Below, piece by piece: positions 7,775-17,444 of a DNA stretch of 32,000 bases. Below the pieces are notes generated by a model. That model was not told the origin of the DNA. It worked only from the letters and a program-made list of their open reading frames with translations, and ran no database searches. Location of the stretch: assembly GCF_000011465.1 (NCBI RefSeq), contig NC_005072.1, positions 1,080,001-1,112,000 of the forward strand, written 5' to 3'. Positions within the stretch are counted from its first letter, which is position 1. Every line of letters starts with the position of its first letter. The stretch comes from Prochlorococcus marinus subsp. pastoris str. CCMP1986. GTDB lineage: Bacteria > Cyanobacteriota > Cyanobacteriia > PCC-6307 > Cyanobiaceae. The position numbers were made by a program, and so were the translations under genes.

Positions 7775-7933
7775 ATGCCAATACCTCCTCACTTACCACA
7801 ATTACAATACGGGTATGATGATGGTTTTACTACAATTGTTTTCGGATTAATAGGAAGTTGCTTGGGATGTATCTTAATTTTATTAATTTCATTTTTTGAA
7901 TTTAAATTTAAAAAGCAAAATAGTAAGTCTTAA
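7775..7933 (+). CDS. hypothetical single-TM protein (52 aa, not in ORF track)
   Basis: Own translation: MPIPPHLPQLQYGYDDGFTTIVFGLIGSCLGCILILLISFFEFKFKKQNSKS. Clear TM helix with a basic tail. Confidence 0.4.
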   Translation: MPIPPHLPQLQYGYDDGFTTIVFGLIGSCLGCILILLISFFEFKFKKQNSKS

Positions 7934-7954
7934 CTTTCAGGAGATGACCTTTAT

Positions 7955-9046
7955 TTAGACATTAAATAAAAACTCCATTACATCACCTTCATTTACTACA
8001 TATTCCTTACCTTCACTTCTTAGTAAACCTTTATTTTTAGCATTAACTATTGATCCTGAATCAATTAAATTTTGATATGAAATTGTTTGAGCTCTAATAA
8101 ATCCTTTTTCAAAATCAGTATGTATTACTCCTGCAGCTTGTGGAGCAGTCATCCCATCTTTTATTGTCCAAGCTTTAGTTTCTTTTTCTCCAGTTGTGAA
8201 ATAAGTTTTTAATCCTAATAATTTATAAGTAGATTTTATTAAAGATTTTAATCCTCCTTCCTCTACACCTAAACCCATTAGGTAATCTTTTTTATCCTCA
8301 GGTTCTAACTCTATTAATTCTGATTCAACTTGGGCTGAAATTTTTATACATTCTGTATTTTCAGAGTTTGCAAAACTTTGCACTTTTGAAGAGAAATCAT
8401 TACCTTCAGCTAAATCATTTTCATTTAAATTAGTGGCATAAACAATTGGTTTTGCAGTAAGAAAACCCAATTGTTTAATCATTAAATTTTCTTCATCAGT
8501 TAAAGATATTGACCTAATAGAAAGTCCTTTTTGTAACTCATCCTCAATTTTTTCTAATAAAGAATCTTCTTGTGCCGCTTCTTTACTTGTTTTAACTTGT
8601 TTTTTAATTCTTTCTCTTCTTTTTTGAAGCTGAGATAAATCAGCCAAATTAAGCTCCAAATTAATAATCTCAATATCATCTAAAGGATCAATCTTCCCTG
8701 AAACATGAATTACCTCAGTATCTTCAAAACATCTCACGACGTGAACTATTGCATCAACTTCTCTAATGTTGGAAAGAAATTTATTTCCTAAACCCTCACC
8801 TTTACTCGCACCTTTTACAAGACCTGCAATATCGACAAATTCAATTTTAGTGGGGATAATATTCTGACTAGAACTTAAACTACCTAACTCTTGAAGCCTT
8901 TGATCAGGGACTGAAACAATACCTTTATTTGGCTCGATGGTACAAAAGGGGAAATTTGCAGCTTGCGCTTTTGCATTTTCAACAAGTGCATTAAATAAAG
9001 TTGATTTCCCAACATTTGGCAATCCAATAATACCGGCTTTTAACAT
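7955..9046 (-). CDS. ychF: ribosome-binding ATPase YchF (Obg-family GTP-binding protein)
   Basis: 363 aa with P-loop [14 protein letters not shown], a [10 protein letters not shown] switch region and a C-terminal TGS-like end [19 protein letters not shown]. Confidence 0.95.
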   Translation of the reverse strand: MLKAGIIGLPNVGKSTLFNALVENAKAQAANFPFCTIEPNKGIVSVPDQRLQELGSLSSSQNIIPTKIEFVDIAGLVKGASKGEGLGNKFLSNIREVDAIVHVVRCFEDTEVIHVSGKIDPLDDIEIINLELNLADLSQLQKRRERIKKQVKTSKEAAQEDSLLEKIEDELQKGLSIRSISLTDEENLMIKQLGFLTAKPIVYATNLNENDLAEGNDFSSKVQSFANSENTECIKISAQVESELIELEPEDKKDYLMGLGVEEGGLKSLIKSTYKLLGLKTYFTTGEKETKAWTIKDGMTAPQAAGVIHTDFEKGFIRAQTISYQNLIDSGSIVNAKNKGLLRSEGKEYVVNEGDVMEFLFNV

Positions 9047-9193
9047 TTGAAAAAATTTATAGATGAATTAGTCAATGAATCATCTTCTTGTAATATAGAG
9101 TTTACTTAGCCAACCTTGGATAAGTTAATCATAATCGTTTCGATTATTTACTATAGTTTCTAAATATCCTTAATTGCTTGCTCACTAAAAAAT

Positions 9194-10255
9194 ATGCTTA
9201 ATTTAATAAAAAAGAATTTAAATATAAAAAGTGGAATTGCATTAATTGTTTTAGCAACTATTTTTGTCTTTTTAAGTAATTCTTTTAAGAAAAATAAATC
9301 AAAAGACATATCCAACTTTGTAGTTTCCGTTGAAAAGGGAATTCTTTCTGAATCAATAAACACTAGTGGAGAAGTAAAGGCTACCAGAACAAGCAATATT
9401 GGTCCAAGGAAACAAGGAATACTAGAAGAAATTAAAGTAGAAGAAGGTGATCTCGTAGAAAAGGGTCAAATTTTGGCTACTCTCGATGATGAAGATTTCA
9501 TCTATAAGCTTGAAGAACTTGAATTAAATTTAAAAAAACAAAAATCTGAATATTTAAGAAGAGAATTTTTATTCAAAGAAGGAGCAGTTAGTAAAGAGGA
9601 TTATGAAAGCTATAAAAACAAGTACAACACAAGCGAAGCGAAATTTAGTGATGCGAAAGCTGAAAAAGATTTTTATTCTATAAGAGCTCCATACCCAGGG
9701 AAAATAACAGCTAAATATGCAGAGATAGGTTCGTACGTTACACCTAGTTCAAATTTAAGTTCGAACTCTAAAGCTAAAAACTTTATTTTTGAATTATCAG
9801 AAGGTCTTGAAATTATTGCCAAAGTTCCAGAGAGTGATATTGGAAGGATAAAAACAGGTCAAGAAGCCTCTGTAAGGATAGAAGCTTATCCCTCAAATAA
9901 ATACAGAGCAATAGTTAAAAAAATAGCCGAAAGGGCTGTAAAAGATAATAATGTAACTTCATTCGAAGTAACGTTGAAATTCAAAGAAATCTCTGAGGAA
10001 ATAAAAATTGGTATGACCGCTGACCTTGAATTTAAAGTTAAAAGTAGTGAAGAAAAAATCTTAGTTCCGACAGTTTCGATAGTCACCGAAAAAGGTGAAA
10101 AAGGTGTCTTAAAAGTAGATAAAAATAATACTCCTAAATTTGAAAAGATTGAAATAGGTATTAGTAGCGGAAATAAAACCTCGATAATTGAAGGTTTAAG
10201 ACCTGGAGAGCAAATATTTATTGATATTCCACCTTGGGCGAATAAAAGAAAATGA
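9194..10255 (+). CDS. HlyD/DevB-type efflux membrane fusion protein (periplasmic adaptor)
   Basis: N-terminal TM anchor, lipoyl-like hairpin (GDLVEKGQILATLDD ... IRAPYPGKI), a coiled-coil insert and a beta-barrel C-terminus. The stop overlaps the polA start (ATGA). Confidence 0.85.
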   Translation: MLNLIKKNLNIKSGIALIVLATIFVFLSNSFKKNKSKDISNFVVSVEKGILSESINTSGEVKATRTSNIGPRKQGILEEIKVEEGDLVEKGQILATLDDEDFIYKLEELELNLKKQKSEYLRREFLFKEGAVSKEDYESYKNKYNTSEAKFSDAKAEKDFYSIRAPYPGKITAKYAEIGSYVTPSSNLSSNSKAKNFIFELSEGLEIIAKVPESDIGRIKTGQEASVRIEAYPSNKYRAIVKKIAERAVKDNNVTSFEVTLKFKEISEEIKIGMTADLEFKVKSSEEKILVPTVSIVTEKGEKGVLKVDKNNTPKFEKIEIGISSGNKTSIIEGLRPGEQIFIDIPPWANKRK

Positions 10256-13182
10256 GTTTGAAATCCAAAGACTCAAAAAAACCAATTTTACTTTTAGTTG
10301 ATGGCCATTCTCTAGCCTTTAGAAGCTTCTATGCATTTAGCAAAGGGGTTGATGGGGGATTAACAACTAAAGAAGGTTTTCCCACTAGTGTCACCTATGG
10401 ATTTTTAAAAAGTCTTCTAGATAATTGCAAAAATATTAATGCTGAAGGGGTTTGTATTACTTTTGATACAGAAAAACCAACTTTTAGACATGAATTAGAT
10501 CCAAATTATAAAGCTAATAGAGATGTTGCTCCAGATGTTTTTTTTCAAGATATAGAACAACTAGAAATCATCTTGAAAGAAAGTCTTAATTTACCCATTT
10601 TTAAATCTCCAGGATTCGAAGCTGATGATCTATTAGGAACAATTGCTAATGATGCATCCTCAAAAGGTTGGTGTGTAAATATTCTTTCTGGGGATCGAGA
10701 TTTATTTCAACTAGTTGATGATCAAAAAGATATTTATGTTCTCTATATGGGCGGAGGTCCTTATGCTAAAAGTGGTAATCCGACTTTAATGAATGAAAAT
10801 GGAGTCAAAGAAAAACTAGGAGTTTATCCAGAAAGAGTTGTAGATCTGAAGGCCTTAACTGGTGACAGTTCGGATAATATCCCAGGAATAAAAGGTGTTG
10901 GACCAAAAACAGCTATTAATTTATTAAAAGAGAATGATACCTTAGACGGGATTTATAAAGCCTTGGACATTATTCAAAAAGATGAAGATAAAAAATATCA
11001 GGGTTTTATAAAAGGCGCCGTTAGGGAAAAGCTAAAAAATGATAAATTCAATGCTTATCTTTCAAGAGATTTAGCAAAGATAGATGTTGAAGTGCCTCTG
11101 GTATTAAGCAATGGATATGAACTAAATCAAATAAACCAAGATGCTTTATCTGAATCTCTACAAAAACTTGAATTATCAACTTTACTTAGGCAAGTTGATA
11201 TTTTTAATTCAGCATTTAGTAAAGGTGGTTTTAATAAAAATAATGAGGAAAAACAAAAGAAAAAAGAATCAAAAGTTTCAGCTTCAATTAATTTAGAAGA
11301 AACTGAACATGAAATCCCCAAAATCAAAGTAAATATAGTTAATAATTTTAAATTACTAGATCAACTAGTTAAAAGATTAGAGATTACGAAGGAAATAGTT
11401 GCCTTAGACACTGAGACCAATAGTTTAAATCCTCTAGATGCAGAACTTGTTGGTATAGGTTTTTGTCTTGGCGAAGAGATTAATGATCTATTTTATATAC
11501 CTCTTAGTCATCAATCGCAAAAAAAAGAGATGAATCAATTAGCAATTGAAGATGTATTCTTTAATTTAAGATCTTGGATAGAAAGTCCAGAGAAAGAAAA
11601 AACACTTCAAAATTGTAAGTTTGATAGACAAATATTTTATAACCATGGGCTAAATCTCAGAGGAGTTACTTTTGATACCCTGTTAGCAGATTACATTCTT
11701 AATAATCAGGAAAAACATGGATTAAGTGAAATTAGTTTTAGAGAATTTGGATTTAAGCCACCAACTTTTAAAGAAACAGTTGGAAAAAATAAAGATTTTT
11801 CATTTGTCGACATTAATGATGCAAGTACTTATTGTGGTTATGATGTACTCCTAACTTTCAAGATCGCGAAAATTTTTAAAGAACGATTTAATAATGAAAA
11901 TAAGGATTTAACAAAATTATTTAAAGAAATCGAATTGCCTTTAGAGCCAGTCTTATCAGAAATGGAGATGAATGGTATCAGAATAGATACCACTTATTTA
12001 AATGAACTATCTGGAGAATTAAAAAGTACATTAGAAAATATTGAGGAAAATGTTTTTGAAATAGCAAAGCAAGAATTTAATTTATCCTCTCCAAAACAAC
12101 TTGGTGAAATATTGTTTGAGAAGTTAAATCTTGATAAAAAAAAATCAAGGAAAACAAAAACAGGTTGGAGTACTGATGCAGTTGTTCTTGAAAGATTAGT
12201 AGAAGAACATGAGATAATTCCCTTTCTAATAAAACATAGAACTCTTAGTAAACTTTTAAGTACATATATTGATGCTCTTCCCAACCTTATTAGTGAAAAA
12301 ACTGGAAGAGTTCATACTAACTTTAATCAAGCAGCTACCGCCACTGGGAGATTAAGCAGTAGTAATCCTAATCTTCAGAATATCCCTGTCAGAACAGAAT
12401 TCAGTAGAAGAATAAGAAAAGCCTTCTTGCCCGAAAAAGGTTGGAAATTACTATCGGCAGATTATTCTCAAATTGAATTAAGAATACTTGCTCATTTAGC
12501 TAACGAAGAAATTCTTATAAATGCATTCCACAAAAATGATGATATTCACTCTTTAACAGCACGATTGATTTTTGAAAAGGAAGACATAAATTCTGACGAA
12601 AGAAGAGTTGGTAAAACCATTAATTTTGGAGTTATTTATGGAATGGGAATAAAAAAATTCGCACGATCTACAGGGGTAAGTACAACTGAAGCAAAAGAAT
12701 TTTTGATTAAATATAAAGAAAGGTATGCCAAGATTTTTAAATTTCTAGAATTTCAAGAAAGGCTTGCTCTATCGAAAGGTTATGTAGAGACAATTTTTGG
12801 AAGAAAGAGAGAATTTAAATTTGATAAAAATGGACTTGGTAGATTAATAGGAAAAGATCCATATGAAATAGATTTGCAAACTGCTAGGAAAGCGGGAATG
12901 GAGGCTCAATCTTTAAGAGCCGCCGCAAATGCTCCTATTCAGGGTTCTAGTGCTGACATTATTAAAATAGCTATGGTTCAATTAAACAAAAAATTATTAG
13001 AGATGAATATTCCAGTTAAAATGCTTTTACAGGTTCATGATGAATTATTGTTCGAGGTCCAACCAGATTTCTTAGAAATCACAAAGGATTTAGTAAAGGA
13101 AACTATGGAAGATTGTGTAAAATTAAACGTACCACTTCTTGTCGATATCGGAGTTGGAAATAACTGGATGGAAACTAAATAA
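10252..13182 (+). CDS. polA: DNA polymerase I
   Basis: 976 aa. 5'-3' exonuclease N-terminus (LLLVDGHSLAFRSFYA, GIKGVGPKTA), 3'-5' exonuclease motif ALDTETNSL, polymerase motifs A (LSADYSQIELRILAH), B (RRVGKTINFGVIYG) and C (LQVHDELLFE). Confidence 0.97.
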   Translation: MSLKSKDSKKPILLLVDGHSLAFRSFYAFSKGVDGGLTTKEGFPTSVTYGFLKSLLDNCKNINAEGVCITFDTEKPTFRHELDPNYKANRDVAPDVFFQDIEQLEIILKESLNLPIFKSPGFEADDLLGTIANDASSKGWCVNILSGDRDLFQLVDDQKDIYVLYMGGGPYAKSGNPTLMNENGVKEKLGVYPERVVDLKALTGDSSDNIPGIKGVGPKTAINLLKENDTLDGIYKALDIIQKDEDKKYQGFIKGAVREKLKNDKFNAYLSRDLAKIDVEVPLVLSNGYELNQINQDALSESLQKLELSTLLRQVDIFNSAFSKGGFNKNNEEKQKKKESKVSASINLEETEHEIPKIKVNIVNNFKLLDQLVKRLEITKEIVALDTETNSLNPLDAELVGIGFCLGEEINDLFYIPLSHQSQKKEMNQLAIEDVFFNLRSWIESPEKEKTLQNCKFDRQIFYNHGLNLRGVTFDTLLADYILNNQEKHGLSEISFREFGFKPPTFKETVGKNKDFSFVDINDASTYCGYDVLLTFKIAKIFKERFNNENKDLTKLFKEIELPLEPVLSEMEMNGIRIDTTYLNELSGELKSTLENIEENVFEIAKQEFNLSSPKQLGEILFEKLNLDKKKSRKTKTGWSTDAVVLERLVEEHEIIPFLIKHRTLSKLLSTYIDALPNLISEKTGRVHTNFNQAATATGRLSSSNPNLQNIPVRTEFSRRIRKAFLPEKGWKLLSADYSQIELRILAHLANEEILINAFHKNDDIHSLTARLIFEKEDINSDERRVGKTINFGVIYGMGIKKFARSTGVSTTEAKEFLIKYKERYAKIFKFLEFQERLALSKGYVETIFGRKREFKFDKNGLGRLIGKDPYEIDLQTARKAGMEAQSLRAAANAPIQGSSADIIKIAMVQLNKKLLEMNIPVKMLLQVHDELLFEVQPDFLEITKDLVKETMEDCVKLNVPLLVDIGVGNNWMETK

Positions 13183-13206
13183 TCTTCAAATAAATACTTT
13201 TTTAAT

Positions 13207-14685
13207 ATGATCAAATTATTTAATACTTTAAGCAAAAACATTGAAGTCTTTAAACCAATAGATGAAGTAGTAAAGATATACTGTTGTGGTGTAACTGTTT
13301 ATGATTTATGTCATCTTGGGCATGCAAGAAGTTATATAGCTTGGGATATCCTGAGAAGGTTCTTAATTTATAGTGATTACAAAGTTAAGTATGTGCAGAA
13401 TTTTACTGATATCGACGATAAGATTTTAAAAAGAGCAAAAGAAGAAAATAGCTCTATGAATGAGGTTTCAGAAAAAAATATTACTGAATTCCATAAGGAC
13501 ATGGATGCCCTAGGAATTATGAGGCCGGATAGCATGCCAAAAGCTACAAATCATATTTGCAATATTTGTTCATTTATAAAAGTTCTTGAGGATAAAGGTT
13601 TTGCATATATCAGAGGTGGAGACGTTTATTATTCTGTTTTTAAAAATAAAAATTATGGAAAACTGAGTAATCAAAATATCCTTGAGCAAAATATAAATCA
13701 ACAGGGCAGGATTACTACAGATGAAAGTAATAAAAAAGAAAATCCCCAAGATTTTGCTCTATGGAAAAAAGCAAAAGACAATGAACCATCTTTTGATTCG
13801 CCTTGGGGGAAAGGTAGACCAGGATGGCATATTGAATGTTCTGCAATGGTAAAAGATGAATTAGGAGAAACAATTGATATCCATTTAGGAGGTTCTGATC
13901 TTATTTTTCCTCACCATGAAAATGAGATTGCACAGTCTGAATCAGCTAATAATAAAAAGCTTGCGAACTATTGGCTTCATAACGGAATGGTCAATGTAAA
14001 CGGACAAAAGATGAGTAAATCTTTGAAAAACTTTACTACCATAAGAGACTTATTAGATTCAGGGACAAGTCCGATGACCCTAAGATATTTTGTTTTAACC
14101 GTAAACTATAGAAAGCCACTCGATTTTACCGATGAGGCTTTGAAAAGTGCCTCGGAAGCATGGAAAAATATTAATGTTGCTCTTTCTTTATTTGATATTA
14201 CTAAAAAAGAAAATCTATCGATTGAGGTAAATGAAACTAATGAATTTGTTGAAGAAACATATAAAGATATGATCAATTATGAAATATCTCAAAAAAAGAT
14301 AAAGTTTACTAATGCTTTAAATAACGACCTTAATACAGCAGGAGCAATTGCAATCATTTATGAATTAGCCAAACCACTAAAAAACTTTATAAATCAATTC
14401 CAAAGAATTAAAAACCTTGAAATAAATACTAATGAAAAATTTCATCTTAGAGAAACTTTTAAAACACTAGAAGAACTGACTGATGTTCTTGGATTAAAAA
14501 AAGAAGAAATAATAATCGACAACAGAATCAACGAAGATCAAATACTATCCCTCATTAATAAAAGATTGGGAGCAAAAAAGGAAAAAGATTATGCAGAAGC
14601 CGATAAAATAAGAAATTTATTAAAGGAAAAAGGAGTAGAACTCATAGATCAATCCCCTGAGCTTACAACATGGGTAAGGATCTAA
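13207..14685 (+). CDS. cysS: cysteine--tRNA ligase
   Basis: HIGH-type motif (CHLGHARSY), the zinc/cysteine-site block GRPGWHIECSAM and a KMSKS motif (GQKMSKSLKN). Confidence 0.97.
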   Translation: MIKLFNTLSKNIEVFKPIDEVVKIYCCGVTVYDLCHLGHARSYIAWDILRRFLIYSDYKVKYVQNFTDIDDKILKRAKEENSSMNEVSEKNITEFHKDMDALGIMRPDSMPKATNHICNICSFIKVLEDKGFAYIRGGDVYYSVFKNKNYGKLSNQNILEQNINQQGRITTDESNKKENPQDFALWKKAKDNEPSFDSPWGKGRPGWHIECSAMVKDELGETIDIHLGGSDLIFPHHENEIAQSESANNKKLANYWLHNGMVNVNGQKMSKSLKNFTTIRDLLDSGTSPMTLRYFVLTVNYRKPLDFTDEALKSASEAWKNINVALSLFDITKKENLSIEVNETNEFVEETYKDMINYEISQKKIKFTNALNNDLNTAGAIAIIYELAKPLKNFINQFQRIKNLEINTNEKFHLRETFKTLEELTDVLGLKKEEIIIDNRINEDQILSLINKRLGAKKEKDYAEADKIRNLLKEKGVELIDQSPELTTWVRI

Positions 14686-14767
14686 ATTTTAAGAAAAAAC
14701 CCAATTTAAATTTTTTATTTTTTAAATTCACCTTTAAGTGGGAAAATATTATAAATATTAGAGAAAA

Positions 14768-15997
14768 TTGAAATACATCACTGTGCTGGGTTCAACAGGT
14801 TCAATTGGAACCCAAACTCTCGAAATAGTAAGTGAACTGCCTGATAAATTCAAAGTAGTAGCTCTTTCAGCAGGGAGAAATATAGACTTATTGACGGAGC
14901 AAGTTAGTCAACATAAACCAGAAGTTATTGCTATTGAGGATGAAAATCTTTTAACAGATTTAAAAAATAATATTAACAATTTAGGAATAAGTAATCCTCC
15001 TATAGTTTTAGGTGGTCGAGAGGCAATTAATTCAGTGGCAGCATGGGATTCTGCCGATACTGTAATTACTGGAATAGTAGGATGTGCTGGACTTATTCCG
15101 ACGATGTCAGCTATTAAGGCTGGTAAAAATATTGCGCTTGCCAATAAAGAAACCTTAATTGCCGCGGGGTCTGTTGTTATACCTGCTTTAAAGGAAAGCA
15201 AAAGTAGACTTTTACCTGCGGACTCTGAGCATTCAGCTATCTTTCAATGCATACAAGGATTACCTAATTATGAAAATGCCGATTTTTCAACAGGTCAAAT
15301 CCCAAATGGTTTAAAAGCTATTCATTTAACTGCATCAGGAGGTGCTTTTAGAGATTGGGAAGTAGAGGATTTAAAAAATGTCACAGTGGAAGATGCGACT
15401 TCCCATCCAAATTGGAGTATGGGGAGAAAAATAACTGTAGATTCTGCCACTCTTATGAACAAAGGATTGGAGGTTATTGAAGCACATTATCTTTTTGGGA
15501 CGTCTTACGAAAATATTGAAATTGCTATACATCCTCAAAGTATTATTCATTCAATGATTGAGATGGAAGATTCTTCTGTCCTAGCTCAATTAGGATGGCC
15601 TGATATGAAGCTCCCAATTTTATATGCAATGAGTTGGCCAGAAAGGTTCAAAACTAATTGGAAAAGATTTAATTTAACTGAGATTGGGCAACTTACATTT
15701 AAAAAACCGGACGAAGTAAAATATCCATGTATGGGACTTGCATATTCAGCAGGGAAATGTTCAGGAACAATGCCTGCAGTACTTAATGCTGCAAATGAAA
15801 TGGCAGTAGATCAATTTCTAAAAGAAAAAATTTCTTTTCAAGAAATTCCTATCTTTATAAATAAAACTTGTGAATCACATTTGAATAAAATCAACTTAAA
15901 CCCAAAGTTAGAAGATATTCTAGAGGTTGATAATTGGGCGAGGATTTTTGTTCAAGAAGAGATAAAAAAAGGCAAAAAATATATCAACGTAGGTTAA
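14768..15997 (+). CDS. dxr: 1-deoxy-D-xylulose 5-phosphate reductoisomerase (TTG start)
   Basis: NADPH-binding [30 protein letters not shown] and [23 protein letters not shown] blocks. Confidence 0.97.
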   Translation: MKYITVLGSTGSIGTQTLEIVSELPDKFKVVALSAGRNIDLLTEQVSQHKPEVIAIEDENLLTDLKNNINNLGISNPPIVLGGREAINSVAAWDSADTVITGIVGCAGLIPTMSAIKAGKNIALANKETLIAAGSVVIPALKESKSRLLPADSEHSAIFQCIQGLPNYENADFSTGQIPNGLKAIHLTASGGAFRDWEVEDLKNVTVEDATSHPNWSMGRKITVDSATLMNKGLEVIEAHYLFGTSYENIEIAIHPQSIIHSMIEMEDSSVLAQLGWPDMKLPILYAMSWPERFKTNWKRFNLTEIGQLTFKKPDEVKYPCMGLAYSAGKCSGTMPAVLNAANEMAVDQFLKEKISFQEIPIFINKTCESHLNKINLNPKLEDILEVDNWARIFVQEEIKKGKKYINVG

Positions 15998-16002
15998 AAA
16001 AA

Positions 16003-16332
16003 GTGAACGTTCAAAAGCACTTATTACTTTGTGCAACGCCTACAAAACAAAAATGTTTTAAAGGCGATGAAGGTAATAAGACTTGGGAATGTCTTAAAAA
16101 GACTTTAAAAAATTATGAGAATGATTCTTCTTCAAGAAATATACAAATAATGAGATCTAAAGTTGATTGTTTAAGAATATGTAAAAATGGACCAATTCTT
16201 CTTATTTGGCCTGATGGCATTTGGTACGAAAAAGTTTCTCCAGAAAAAGTATCAGAAATTTTCACCTCTCATGTAATTAATGGTAATCCAATCGAAAAGT
16301 GGATTTTTAAAAAAACTCCTTTTGAAAAATAA
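16003..16332 (+). CDS. thioredoxin-like [2Fe-2S] ferredoxin family protein (GTG start)
   Basis: Cys pattern LLLC-x7-C ... VDC-x3-C followed by NGP..L.WPDG.WY, typical of thioredoxin-fold ferredoxins. The GTG at 16003 lies 6 nt after the dxr stop. The ORF-track start at 15934 would overlap dxr by 64 nt. Confidence 0.7.
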   Translation: MNVQKHLLLCATPTKQKCFKGDEGNKTWECLKKTLKNYENDSSSRNIQIMRSKVDCLRICKNGPILLIWPDGIWYEKVSPEKVSEIFTSHVINGNPIEKWIFKKTPFEK

Positions 16333-16352
16333 TTTAAAAAAACATATATTAT

Positions 16353-17444
16353 TTAAAGACTTAAAAGCCAATTCTTAACTGCTTCATCAGACCAACAACC
16401 ATTATTTGAATGAAAACCATTATGACCTCCCTTATTAGTTATTAGAATAGTTAATTTATCAAATGATTCATTCAAAGAGTTTTTCAAATTTAAAGTAGAT
16501 TGATATGGAACCCAAGGATCATCCTTAGCATGGATTAAAAGAGTAGGGGGAAGATTCTTAATTAAATTTTGAATTCTAAATATAGGTGAAGATTGATAAT
16601 AATAATCCTCTAAAGATTTGAACCCCCAACTAGGTGCAGTGAAATTTGCATCAAATTCTCCTATCGTTTTTAAACCTTTAATTTTTTTACTCAAGCTACT
16701 TTTAGGAAATAAAATCCCTTCGTTTTTAAATCCATCCCATAATTGCCTTTTCAAACGTTGCATTAACCATTTTTGATATAAAAAATTTCGAGGTCTTTCT
16801 ATACAATTGCTGCAAGATAATAAATCTAAAGGGCTACTAACACAAGCCAATCCATCTAATAATTTTCTTCTATTTCTTGATCTGTAGTCTAAGCAGGCAT
16901 TAAGAAGAATAGTTCCTCCTAAAGATAATCCAACTCCAAATATAGGTAAATCTTCTTTATTTTTTAAAGAATCTTTAAATTCAGAATTAAGAAGTTGCCT
17001 AAAATTTTTAAGACCCAAAATAATATCATTCGAACATCTTGCGGAATAATTCCCTTTCGCCAAATATCTAGCTGAACCAGCCCCTCTAAGATTTAATTTA
17101 ATAACTCCAAATCCATTATTAACTAACTTTCTAGCAATTCGTTTTAAACCAAAACGCCTAGTAGATCCCCCTAATCCATGAGTAATAAGAACAATTCCTT
17201 TTAAACAATCTAAGTTTTCTGGTAACTCTAAGAACCCTAAGAGATAATCACCCTCAAATTTTTCTGAGAGAATATTATTTATTGGTAAAAGTATTTTTTT
17301 ATTTGTTTTAGCTTGGAGAAAATCAAAAATAAATGTATCTCTTAAAGTTTGAAGGTCCCCTCCAATCCAAGGGAAAGCCTGTCTAAAAGGTCTTTTGTTT
17401 ATATAATCTGAAAACTTAAATGAGAGATTACTATTTATCGCCAA
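16353..17444 (-). CDS. alpha/beta-fold hydrolase (YheT-like esterase), TTG start
   Basis: HGLGG oxyanion block, nucleophile elbow GLSLGG, and late Asp (AKDDPW) and His (GGHNGF). The TTG start overlaps the pntB end by 14 nt. Confidence 0.85.
   Translation of the reverse strand: MAINSNLSFKFSDYINKRPFRQAFPWIGGDLQTLRDTFIFDFLQAKTNKKILLPINNILSEKFEGDYLLGFLELPENLDCLKGIVLITHGLGGSTRRFGLKRIARKLVNNGFGVIKLNLRGAGSARYLAKGNYSARCSNDIILGLKNFRQLLNSEFKDSLKNKEDLPIFGVGLSLGGTILLNACLDYRSRNRRKLLDGLACVSSPLDLLSCSNCIERPRNFLYQKWLMQRLKRQLWDGFKNEGILFPKSSLSKKIKGLKTIGEFDANFTAPSWGFKSLEDYYYQSSPIFRIQNLIKNLPPTLLIHAKDDPWVPYQSTLNLKNSLNESFDKLTILITNKGGHNGFHSNNGCWSDEAVKNWLLSL

Noticed and set aside
7781-7800. ACCTCCTCACTTACCACA, reminiscent of the Yfr1 sRNA core (ACUCCUCACAC)
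   Set aside because: The match is only partial, it lacks the flanking stem-loops, and it lies inside a plausible 52-codon ORF where it encodes PPHLPQ.
9160-10086. ORFs 9160..9396 (-) and 9886..10086 (-)
   Set aside because: They are antisense to the membrane fusion protein gene and have low-complexity hydrophobic composition.
11127-13241. ORFs 11127..11327, 11994..12284 and 13035..13241 (all minus)
   Set aside because: They are antisense shadows within polA and the start of cysS.
14908-15201. ORF 14908..15201 (-)
   Set aside because: It is antisense to dxr.
15934-16002. N-terminal extension of the ferredoxin-like ORF from the listed start
   Set aside because: It would overlap the last 64 nt of dxr with a Lys/Arg-rich peptide. 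A GTG right after the dxr stop gives a product that begins at the conserved fold.
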